Below, in pieces: positions 52,208 to 64,000 of a DNA stretch of 64,000 nt. A program made the translations under genes and the position numbers. The notes below the pieces were generated by a model, which saw only the letters and a program-made list of their open reading frames with translations, was not told the origin of the DNA and searched no databases. How positions within the stretch are numbered: the first letter of the stretch is position 1; every line of letters starts with the position of its first letter. Source of the stretch: Lingula anatina (Eukaryota > Animalia > Brachiopoda); contig CM120641.1 in the NCBI GenBank assembly GCA_051362555.1, positions 38,508,401-38,572,400 on the forward strand, in the 5' to 3' direction.

Positions 52208-54939
52208 TTATTTGATAGTGGGAGAAGCTGGATCACGTTTGTATATTTGCCCAAACTTGGACATGTACTTTTTTATGTAGTCTTTGGCTTTAGATTTGAC
52301 ATTCTCATTGACCTCCAAATCTTCTGGGTGCTTACAGTGCTTCAATTCTTTGGTCATTATGTGATGAGTGAGCTGAAAGGATAATCGTGTGTTCCAATTA
52401 GCATTACACAAAACTCAAATACAATTTTGATCACAGCTTTTAAAATTAGGACTAAGCACCTCAAATAAATATAACTAAATGATGCAACTGATTTTAAATC
52501 TAAAATAAAGAACAAACCTGTGTCTTCACAAACAGAATATTTTGATCAGAAAAAGAAAATGCTTGATTGTCTGATGTGCAGAAAAGCTGGTTGAAAGACA
52601 GCTTTAAATATGAATTAGAAGAAAATACCTTTCTGGCCAGGTGTTTAAAATCATCAGTATTGGTGATTTTACCAAGTTTACAGTCTGGCCTTCTAAAGGG
52701 ATTCAAACATGTTACAATGTACTGGGACATCTGAAAGAAATACTCAAAATGAATACCAAGTGCACCTTTTTATGTTAAATGCATATAGATACAGTTCACA
52801 TCAGAGCAGAAGAACAGATAACCCATTCATTATTCATGGTTTAAAAACCAGTGATCACAGTCTCAAGAGTATCTATCAGCAGTAATGCAAAATCGTGAAA
52901 GATGGATAAAAAACATCTAATGTGAAAAAACACAGATTTAGATTGAAGACACAAAAACTTATCTCTGCTGTTCATTATGTGATAAGTTCTATTACTTCTA
53001 GATAAAATCTGATTTCAGTCTTGAGGCATTCAAAGCCTATTTCTAAACAGATAACATGGGTGAATATGTGCATTAACCAACTCCAGGTCTGCTTTCCAAG
53101 AAATTGTTCTCAGCAGATGTTACTTCCACATGAAAGCAATAATGCACCATGTATGGAATAAAGACTGAAAAGCTGTTGAAACCATACCTTTCCCCTAAAG
53201 GCTTCCTTGCATCTTTTAGCAACCTCACTTGAAGTGTCAGCAGCAGCAGTTGTGGTCTTCTTCTTGGCCTACAAGAATTTTATCAAACATCAAAAAAGCA
53301 TACAAAATCTATAAAGATGGTGTTATGTAATTTAACCTTCTGGATGTTTATATCTGCTATAAATTCTTAAATGCACAGAATGCAATGCACACATTATTTA
53401 AGGAGATGGCATGGGTCTTACAAACAAGGTCATCTTTCACACTTTCATTCTGTGCAAGGTGGACACAAGCACACCTGGGCTCTGTATCTCAAAAGGTTCG
53501 CTATGTTGCGCATGTGCGCAAGTGTCTTGATTCCATAACTGATTCTATTTCGAGATATGGGGCCATGGAATCGAGACACTTGCGCACGTGCGCAACATAG
53601 CGAACCTTTCGAGATACGGAGCCCTGAATGGCACCATACACCAACCTTGATCCTTGGCTCATCATGTGTGGGCGTGCCCAGGTCCATTTCATCCTGCTCG
53701 GCTCCCTCCCAGGTTGGTGGATCCCACTGGGTTTGTCTGAAGAAAAATATGCAAAGATAAAAATCAAACATTTGCCTGTCTGCTAAGATTTACATGAAGT
53801 ATTTAACAAAACTGAAGAAATCTCAAGTAAAGGCCAGTATATTAGGCAGAATGGTTGTTGCCAAATACCAATGAAATGAAATGACATGATTTTTTTTTAG
53901 AAAAACATGTCTATTGAAGATAAATATAATTTATATTGGTGCTTGAAGACTGAAACATTCTTTTTAAAAAAATTATATTAAAGAGAAATACATACAAATT
54001 ACTTATTAACCTTGTGCCAAAATCATGAGCATTATCTGTCAGTAATATTAAAACAAATATGAGCAACTCACCTTGTTCCAGTATGGTAATAGTAAGTCTT
54101 GCCCTCTGGGTCTTTGGCAGTCTTCCAGTTAGGAGGTAATTTCTGTTTTGGTGGGGGTGGAGCAGGCGGAGGAAGGGTATCCTCCTCAATGTCCGCCTCC
54201 ACGGCCTGGAGAGGCTGCGGCTGGACTTGCAATGGGTGCTGCAAGGGGACCTGACAGAACATTGTTTTAAATAACACTGCACTCATATTGAAAAATATGA
54301 GGGATTCAGAATTAAAAAAAAAAGTCACTGTCAATGGTTTTCTTTACCAATTTTTTTATTCAAATGAATTTAAGATTCAACTTCTATCATTTTCTGGTTA
54401 TGCATTTAAATAAAAAAAATTAGAGATAGAATTCAAACAAAAAGTTCATTTAATAAAACTTATCAACAACTACTACTAAAAAAATCATTAAAACTAATAA
54501 ATAACTACCTGCTGTAATCCTGTCTGAGTGGAGACCACAGGTTGATTGACCTGGCCATAAGGTTGCTGTACTACCACACCAGAGTGTGAGGTAGACACAT
54601 AATACACTGGCTGCTGCTGGGGTAAATACTGGGGGGCTGGGCTTCCAGCTGCCACCTGCACATAACCACTGGGGGTCTGGATATACTGAGGCTGAACCTG
54701 AAGTGGAAGTAATGGAGCCTTAATACAGTCCTTTTTCTTAACATGCAGAGTCACAGAAGCTCACAGAAGCAAATGATAACATCTGTGAATTATATCCAGG
54801 TTCAATTACAGATGCACGTCATGTATGCTGTGACTGTGAGTAAAAATCAATGAAGAAAACAATCCCTTAACTTTCTTTAACATAACATTAACATAACTAC
54901 ACCAATAAAGAGATGAAGTTGTAAACACTTGATTTGAAG

Positions 54940-54980
<41 letters not shown>

Positions 54981-57900
54981 GTTCCATCCCAATTTCTCCA
55001 GACCCCTCACCTGATACTGTGCAGGCTGCTGTGTAGGCTGGTAGATGACCTGGGGCTGAGTGGGGTCAATATACTGTGGCTGGGCTGACATTGGCACTTG
55101 CTCCAAGTATTGTGGGATGACAGGACGGTTTGAGTCTAAGAACTGAGCTCCCTGAGGTGCTGTTTGCTGTTCATACTGAGAGCTAATGAAGGCTGCTGAA
55201 GGATCACCATACTGCTGATTGGGGTCTACGCCTAGCAATTCAGGGGCAGCACCTGCGATGATATTTGGGTCTTGAACATAAGGTATGCCATTAGCATCCA
55301 CTGGAATGAAATGTCTTTTGTTATACAAAAGTGTGTTTGATAAAAAAAAATGCAGCAAAAATGAAAGTCTGCTTTTTTAGATGCTACAATTTTACCCATT
55401 TTGACCTCTTTCAAAAAATATTCTTAAGGCCCAAAATACCTAAATATTCTTTTAATATCTGATCAAGAAGCACTGAGACAGTCCTATCCATGTGCTGCTG
55501 AGACAGTGGATTAGCTATTACTTGCTCTAGCATGAAACACATTGAATAGCACCTAACTGCCCAACATGTGACAGTGACCACAGTGATAACTGATCAGACC
55601 GATTAGTTCTGCTTGAAATACTGGTCTGTCATGCAACTTTGACTATGTACTGAATAACATGAACTGTATGACCTGGATCTAGTGGATATTTTAGTGGACT
55701 ATATGTGATGTCAACTGGCGAGAAACACAGTTCTTTTTTAAAAACTAATTTTTGTAGAATTATTTAAAAATTTTTAATTATGTGAGCTCCACTTGTAAGT
55801 GAAATCTAACTAAATGAAATCAAGTCAACTTAACTGAAAACATTAAAATTCAAACATGAGATACACATGGAATTCTCCACTATTCTTTGCAAATAATAAT
55901 AGTTAATAATAAAAAATATATTTATAAAAAAAAAAAGAATTAACAAATAAAAAGTAAAGTAAAACACCTACAAAGATTAGTCTTACCTGTAACAGGCACC
56001 CCATACTGGTCATAATACTGATACTGCATTGCTTGCTGTATGGCCTCCTGCTGGAGGGCTTCTTCCTGTTGTCTTGTCATCTCATCTTGAGCACGCACCT
56101 GAGCCTCGAACAGCTGTCGGCGCTCTTCTTTGGACATTTTAGGTGGTGTGGGCAGCAATGGTTTCCTAAAAAAGAGACACACAATAGTAAGTGTACGTAA
56201 ACAAGGCTGTTTGCAAAGAAAAAGAATCTGAAAAAATTAAATATGCATGGTGAACGTAGTTATAAGGTGAAAGCATAGTGAAATTTGCTATAAAGATAAT
56301 TCAGAATATGTCAAATTACACAGCAAAGCAACGATATACCTGGCTATATCATGTAATCAGAAAGAGTTATTTATGAGCAGAATGTATCATTCACCTAGGT
56401 TTATCATCATCATCCGTTTTTCGTCTTCGTTTTGTACGATCTCTGTCAGGGGAATCATCATAGCGTCTCTTTCTGTCATAATCTCTTTCTAAAATAATGA
56501 AAATAACTGTCTTTAAAACTCATATTACTTTCCTTTTAATATTTAAATTCAAGTAAAACCACAACCACGCAAGTTGATTTGATCTCTGTTTCTCTTCAAT
56601 AGAGCAAGGCAAACTGTGCTGATATTACACTGTTCAAAATTATTTGTAATAATTCATACTGCATATCACACATTTCCATTTACTTCACAAAAAATCATTG
56701 TCTAATATCCTTTAAAGAGACATGAGACCTAGCAATTATGAAAGAGGAATGAGATAATTGCATATCACAAGCCTCACATTCTACTTACCTCTGCTCCTAT
56801 CCCTGTAGTAGTCACTGTCTCGATCCTTGTCATATCTTTTGTCTCGTCCACGATCACGGTCCCTGTCGTAGCTGTCCCTTCGATCTCTGTACCTTTCCTT
56901 ATCTCTTTGATCTGAAAAGTGGAATTTTCATTGAAAAACTTGAAATATCAGTCAAACAACTTGAAATTGAAATTACCTTCAGAAAGAGATATTGCACTAC
57001 TTTGTCTTTTTTATTCTCACTTTTCGCATTTCAGATAGAGGCATTGAGAAGTAATTCTTTCATGTACATAAAAATTGAAACAATTAGGTGTAAACTTACC
57101 CAGCTCTCTTTCAGTTTGTTTTCTTTCTTCAACCTCCTGTTTCTTGGGGATTCTAAATAATTCCTGGATTTGAGAAATAAGTTAAATCTATTCAGGTAAT
57201 TTCCTTCATCAGACACTGACAAAAAATATCATAAATGGAGACACTTATTCTGCTTCATCATTAATGGGGGATCACAGAAATGCAAAACTAATTACATTTT
57301 ATTGTAAGAAAGACTGTATTTTGTACAAACCTTGAGATTACTCCAGGACTCCAGCAATTCGGATGCAAAGTCTGCTAGCGAGGGTTCTTCTTGATTTACT
57401 GTTGATTCTGTTTGCTGTTCTCCTTGTGTTGTGTCAGCCTGGATAGAGTCTGAAAACAGCAAATACATGATGTAACAACTATACATACTAAAGTAACTTC
57501 TCCAGTGATCAACTTTGCTCTTTGCTTCTTTTATCAAAGGAAACTAAAAGCAGTATCTTTAAATGACAAATGGTACGGAAAATCATACAAAAAACATTAC
57601 CTTGTGAAGATGAATCTTGTTCTGCAACTCCTATAGTTTTTTGGGCATCCAGAGCCTCCTCAGATAAAGATGGTTCCTCATCTGCAGCCACATCACCTTC
57701 CCCACAAGGAGCAGGGACACTTGGATTTTCTTCATCCACTACAGTGTCAACAATACTTTCAGATTCTGCCTCATCTTGTATGGATGGACCATCACCAGGA
57801 ACATCCTCCTCCTCCTGTTCAACATCACTGTCTTTCTTTGTATCCTGGGACTGACCTTGGTCTGGTGGGCACATCTCATCACCTGCCAATGCCTGATCTT

Positions 57901-60900
57901 GACTGATGTCAGAGTTTTCTTCTAAAACCTTTAGCTCTGCATCCAGCATCTCTTTTTCTCCATCTTTTGCAACCCCACGAAAACCCAGCAACTGTTCGGA
58001 GTCCTGTGAGGATGCCATGGTTGAATTGTAGGATTCTTGTAGTGTATTTAGACTAGCTGAGAGCCTGCTTGTTGCTAAAGAGCTGTCTAATGTGCTAATT
58101 GTGCTGTTAACTGATATGTCCAATGCATTTATAGTAGAATGTCTACTAGACTCTGACAACTCGCTGTCAGAGCCACTGTTGATTTCATCTTGTTCTTTCA
58201 CTCTCTGCAATATTCTCTTTTTGTTTGGTGTCTTTTGTAGAGCATCATCGCTGTCACTCTTATACTGTTCTGATAAGCGCAGACTATCAAGATGGCTGCT
58301 GCTACTAATGAGCGGAGTCTCAGAACGTGATGGTGGCTCACTTGCACATTCTTCATCTACATCTTTATCTACACCAAAGTCACTACCATCTGGCTTCTCC
58401 TCGTTGTTTTTAAGTTCCACAGCCCATTTTTGTACCACTGAAAGCACTTTGCTGTCCTCAAGCACAGTTTTATTAGTGATGGGCAACAACTTGAGCACAG
58501 TGAGGATTTGTTTCTTCAGTTCCAGGGAACCATCCCCAATGTCTGCCATCCAACTCCACAACAGTGACAGCCCATGGTAGCCAAGAAACAGGCGATGGCA
58601 GGCTGGTTCTTTTGTTTCCTGTCCAAGGCAAAAGTGATATCTGGAGTCTCTTCTTTCTCAATTACGATATCTTTCACTTTTTTGTATCGAGTTTAAAAAA
58701 ATTAGACTCATAATTATTAATCATATATTTAAGCTTCTATTAATAAGCAACTGTTTGTATATAGTGAAATGTCCAGGATTAATATAAGACCTTTCATGAC
58801 CAGTTTTGTTATAAAACAAGAGAGCACATGATATATATTGACTAACCTGCATTATCTGTAACAGAGCCAGCTTTTGACTAGTGGTTTCTGCCCTCACCAT
58901 TACTCGGCACAATTCTAACACATGCTTGTGATTCTTCAGACCATGCCACTCCTGCATGCGCTCAATTTCTTCCTCCAACTAAAATCACACGGAAAATATT
59001 TCCAAAATGAAAAACTCAACTAAAAGACACATCACTCTCTTTTTCAAAAACCAACAATATAAGCTTCTGTTTGACAAATCTAGTGAAATCTGTCAAAGAG
59101 ATTTAATATAGGTTTTTAGCTGAATTCCTTAAATTTGAATAAAATGAAAAGAATGAGTAAAGTGCTAACCAAAATGTCATCAAATAATTCTTTTTTCCTC
59201 TTCTTTTCCCTCTTCTTATTTTCCAATGCAAGTTTCTGTGCTTCCGTCTGTTTCTTTTGTACACCCAAGACACCACGGCAGTTAGAGGAACCACAGTAAC
59301 ACTTCTGTGCTTCTTGACTGGAGGGACAAAGAAGGAAACCATTCTACAGATTATGTATGATATTAATAATAGATGTACAGTATATCAATTACGTAAATAA
59401 TAAACATCATTATTGAGGAACTCTATCAATTTAAATTTTTTATGACATTTGTGGGTTTTCCAACTACTGTGAATGTGCTTTAAAAAAGACACTTAACCTG
59501 GATAGCATTGATTATAAATCTCACCTCAATTTGCCCACTTACCCGTACACCTCAAACTGGTAGTCAAAAGTGAGTTCTGTCCCCTTGGGAATATGTTGTC
59601 TTGTGAAGAATCCAACCCTCAACTGTCCATTCACTGTCCACTGAAAAAGACAAGGGTTTAATCATCCAGCTCCATTGCATGCATTTCTCAAAAATTTGAC
59701 AAGGCTTCTACTATGTTATCAAACATATTTGTGCCAAATGACCCCAAAACAGTCCAACTTGAAGTGAACAAGATTGATGTTTAATAAGGTATTATTACAT
59801 ATTAGTTTAAGACTGGAAATGCAGTCACATTTCAAAAGACATGCTTAAAATAAACTGAGCAAGATGCCATTTTTTTTTTTTAAATAGTGTTATTCATATG
59901 CGACCTTGAGAACTAGTTCAACATTGAACAAAAATGAAAAATAATTTAGCTAACATGTTCCAACTACCTTCTGTGTTTCACAATTGGGATCACAACTGTG
60001 GTTGATGAATCTAGAATCATTTCCTTTAACAGTAGCATCTATTATTTCATCTGCATTCAGGGCCATAAAATAGTGATGGGCGTGACCTTCTCTTGCATAC
60101 TGCTTTGTGCGGGCCTTAAATTGCTTGTATCCCAACACCTCCCCTATATACTCCATGACAAATTGGCCTCTGTAAGTATGACCAAAATTAATTCATGTTA
60201 TGGTCCATTTAATAATGCACGTCTTACCCAAATTTATGGTTATAATAATTGCTTTATTCCCTTTTTTTAAATCATATTAAAGTAAATCATTAAAACTACC
60301 AATGAAATGTGCAATAATTAAACAACTTGCACTAAAAAAAGCACTTCATTTAGCATTCAAAAAGAGCCAGCTAAATAGGATATAATATATCATATGACAA
60401 GAAAAGATACATTGTATTAAATAATGCATGATATGACATGGCATGTGTTGTGACATCACATAACATGACATAATGTAACACATAAAACTATAAGTCTAGA
60501 TTACTTTGCTAAATCTTCATTGGCCTTGAGACCCCAGCCTTTCCAATCTGTCTGGAATGGTGCTACATTGGAATACTGAAACTGAAGTCGAAGTAACATA
60601 GTCAGTAAAATCTAGTCTAATTTCTTTAAACTTAAAGCATAGGGAGCAGCTCAACCTCAGGTTTCTCAACGTGCTTACTAATATCTCTACTGTTGCTCAC
60701 TTCCTATACAGTAACTACATGTAGGCTTATTCCATTTTTTTAAGTGAATAATTGATGTAATTGCCCCCAATTTCAAATGTTTCTGTTACTGTCATACATC
60801 CACGTGAAGTTATTTATGTAATAAATAGATTTATTGTACTAGTTTAATCTTATTTCAGTTACTTGAAACTTAATCATTCTACAAATACCACATACTAAAC

Positions 60901-63900
60901 ACATTATTAACTTGGAAAAGATTATCACCTTAAGAATATTGTGCTGCACGCCCAAAATAAAACAGAGCTTGTACATACTTTAAAATTGGGAAGTTTATTC
61001 CTTTCATTGCCTTACCCTTTGAAATCTCTTATTTGTGCAGTAATCTCCACATGGGCATCTGGAACCACTGAAATAAAACACAGGTAATCAGCTTAATCCT
61101 TATCATTTCTCTTTTCAAATGAGAATTTTTTTTTTATTTCCCAACAACTCAATATGTTAATTGTCCAGGTAATTATGCAATAAATTGCTGTCAGAAACAC
61201 ATGTAAACCTACCATTCAATCATGAGCATTCTGTTAAGGCAGTCTTCTCCACAAGCTGCCATACCATACATACGGTCTTCCTTGGAGGTTGTACAATCAC
61301 ATACCATACGCCGAACCTCCTTAGATGCTTTGGACTTCTTTCTATTATAAGAATATAAATCTTCGTGTTAAAGGAAATTTTTTTCTCAAACAATGTAACA
61401 AGTATTCTGCTTCATGTAGGAGTTCTGTAATTAACATGCATAATTTTATTAAGTCTAAAATTTGGTTTGGGTTTGAATTCTATCTCTCTTCTGAATACGT
61501 TACCACTATTTACTATCCATGATATTGTTTGAAATTTTGCTTTTGGTATGTAAGAAAATAAGGCATGTCAGGGAATGTACTAAATAATGTACTAAAAGCC
61601 AAGTCAATTGAATTGACACTATCAAAATTTCAGAAGAAATTGTGACAAAAGACAATTCTTGAGACCATTATTATGTACCTACCTCTCTGACAAGTAAACA
61701 TTCTCTGTTATTTTCTCATAAACTGGTGGGGTTACTTTTTCTGGACTAGGTTCTCTTTTCTCAAGATCTTTGCTTGGAGACACATCCAAGTCCTTGAACC
61801 TGGGGTCATTTTCAATTCTCTCCAGTTTCAACACTGGCACTTTAAATGAACTCTCTGAAGTTATACTGCTGGAATCTGTATTGTCTATAGCAATACCATC
61901 AACAAGCTCCTGTTTCACCACTGAAGCAGTCTCTCGTGAGGGTGATGACGGTGGGGGTGGGATCAGAGTTGTACCCTCATGGATATTAGAGTCTGTAGTG
62001 GACTGTGTGGCACTACTAGAATTAACCAAACTGGAGACTTCGTTATTCTCCACCTCACTGATCCAACGCCATCTTGACTTAGGCTTAACATTTGGGGACA
62101 TCATCTCTTCTTTCCGAATTCCATCTTCTGCTTTCAGAGCTGATACAGCGTCAAATGGTTCTTTTCGCCCAGGCAGAGGGATGTGTACATCTCTAGCTTC
62201 TGAGGAGGATACCTGCTTGATTAAGCTTAAAATTGTTGGCCTTTCTTCTCCGTTTTCTTCATCTACAGTTCCTTTTGTGATTTTTTCTTTCTCAAGTTTT
62301 GCAAGCCTTATTTGTTCCATTGCTTTTCTTTCCCGTTCCTTCCTCTCCCATTCTTCCTTATCCCTTCGATCCTTTTCTTCTTTCTCCTGTTTTATTTTTT
62401 CTTCAATAGACCTGATCCTATTACTGCGCCTTCTCTGTGGAGTTCCTGCATCAGAATTTGAATCATCTGTGTCCACTTCTATTGCATCAGACCATCTTGT
62501 CTTTCTCTTTTTCCCTTTTGATCCTACGACTTCTCTTGTTTTGGTGTCCTCTGCATTGTCCTCTGTGACAGACTTATTCTCCGTAGCAGTTTCTTCTGGA
62601 GGTGTGCTAAATGTTACAGGTGCCCATCTTTGTGCCAGCTCATGTTTAAAATTTTGCACTTCTGCTGGGGTTGACTTGTCAAGAAGCTTCTTAATCTCAC
62701 TGTTATCCCCAATATCTTTATCAACTGTATTAGGTTGTGTACTAATATCCTGAACAGAGTGATGTGACTGGGAGAGAGACTGCTGTTCCCCTACATAAAC
62801 TGACTCCTTGACTTCAGTTTTAGAAGATTTGATATCATCTTGATCCTTTCTTTCTAATTCAAGTGATGCATCCGGTGACAGAGGGGCTTTTGGCAGAGCA
62901 GACAATTTTTTCACCTCTGTGTCATCTTCCCACAGGTCACTCAGTGTAAGTTTTTGTTTTTGTGCCCTAAAAGATAATCTGAAAGGTGATGGCTGTGTAG
63001 GTTCTGTGTAGGGCCCAGTAGCTGATGGGGCTGGTAAATGACTAACAGGCAGAGAGATATCCGCTAAGGTTTCCTTGCCAATGGATGAGGTTGGCTGTTC
63101 GTCAGGTTGATCATCAGTTGGAGCTGGTGGTGGAGGTGGTGGTGGTGGTGGTGGTGGCTGGAGAAGAGATTTGCTCAAATCAGTCTGGTGGAATTCCTGT
63201 TCAGGAGAACTGATGTCCATATCTATACCAGACTCCTGAGGGGCACTGTTGCTTTCACTGTCAGAATCGATGTCCATGTCTATCTCACCAATGTCATAAT
63301 CCCCCTGGGAGGACTGAACCTCTGGGTTTTGGACTGGACTCCAGGGCCTTTGGGGTGCAGCAGTTGGGAGCTTCTTTCCCCAGGTGAGACCATCCTGAGA
63401 GCCGCTCACTTCTTGCTCATCATAGCTACTGGAAAGGGGGTCTGCTGGTGGAGGGGGAGCTGGAATGTCATGCTTCTTACCCCACACAGTGCTTGGTTCC
63501 ACTTCCTCAGCAGATAAATCTTCACTCAACGGTGGCAGGGATAATTCTTCAGGATTTGTTTTCTCCTTTGGAGGGGGAGGAGGTGGGGGTGGGGGTGGAG
63601 GTGGAATATCATCTTCTTCCTCCTCCTCCTCTTCTTCTGCAACCACTTTAGGCCGAGGAGGAGGAGGTGGAGGTGGTGGAGGGGGAGGCACATCATCATC
63701 ATCCTCATCGCTCTCCTGGTTGTACACATATTCATCCTCAATAATAGGTGGTGGAGGTGGGATCTCGTATTCATCATTCTGTTCTGAAAAAGTAACAGTC
63801 TTTTTCTTTGGAGCTGTAGCGGAAGGAGGGGGTATTTCTCCTTCTCCGTTTTCTAGTACTACCTTCTTTTTATCAACAAATGATGTAACCAGCACTGGTT

Positions 63901-64000
63901 CTGGACTTGTTGGTGATTTTTGCTGAGTATTTGTGTCACAAATAGTTTCACTGGATTCAGACTGAGGGGCATTGGAGGTTGTGCTTGTGGCAGCAGGCAG
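52208..64000 (-). CDS. SETD2: Histone H3K36 methyltransferase SETD2 (5' end outside the window)
   Basis: Exons (minus): >64000-61683, 61341-61213, 61067-61016, 60581-60505, 60169-59968, 59640-59543, 59317-59170, 58978-58847, 58618-57601, 57449-57331, 57163-57100, 56911-56789, 56488-56395, 56165-55987, 55300-55011, 54697-54509, 54250-54072, 53736-53646, 53268-53188, 52730-52629, 52372-52208. Domains: AWS (CGEDCLNRMLMIEC), SET (RFINHSCDPNCETQKW, ELTFDY), post-SET (KCYCGSSNCRG), WW (LPPNWKTAKDPEGKTYYYH..TQWDPP) and SRI (DFKHLARKLTH..KELK). Confidence 0.97.
53478..53623. mobile_element. 146-bp near-perfect palindromic MITE in a SETD2 intron
   Basis: Arms of about 60 bp (ggctctgtatctc..tgcgcatgtgcgcaagtgtcttgattccat / atggaatcgagacacttgcgcacgtgcgca..gagatacggagcc) with 3-bp TSD CTG. 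Confidence 0.85.

Noticed and set aside
53385-53771. Overlapping ORFs with the same peptide on both strands
   Set aside because: An artefact of the palindromic MITE.
57570-58580. Plus-strand ORFs of 94 and 162 aa
   Set aside because: They are antisense to SETD2 exon 58618-57601.
61770-63926. Long plus-strand ORFs (327, 136 and 153 aa)
   Set aside because: They are antisense shadows of the low-complexity SETD2 exon.

Overview
AT-rich animal genomic DNA, most likely a marine invertebrate such as a mollusc (inferred from gene content, intron style and repeats). Four spliced genes were reconstructed by hand with GT-AG sites and consistent phases: a partial ANKRD33B-like ankyrin gene (+, 3391-5734), a complete inversin (INVS; -, 22 coding exons, 37480-7966, about 850 aa), a complete p75NTR/NGFR-like death-domain TNF receptor (+, 43802-50504, about 396 aa) and the 3' part of SETD2 (-, window end to 52208). 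The most unusual content is a family of transposase-less, P-element-like DNA transposons with 7-bp target-site duplications (TSDs). Two 3.5-3.9 kb copies lie in INVS introns (10574-14453, 18456-21996). They have related 31-34 bp terminal inverted repeats (TIRs), inward-facing CpG-rich promoter-like ends and convergent small cargo ORFs or spliced mini-genes. A 29-bp excision-footprint-like remnant lies at 1027-1055. The mini-gene exons of the second element are phase-compatible with the flanking INVS exons, so it could split inversin into two products. Also present are a Tc1 relic, several foldback MITEs and tandem repeats. All homology statements come from recalled protein family features, not database searches.
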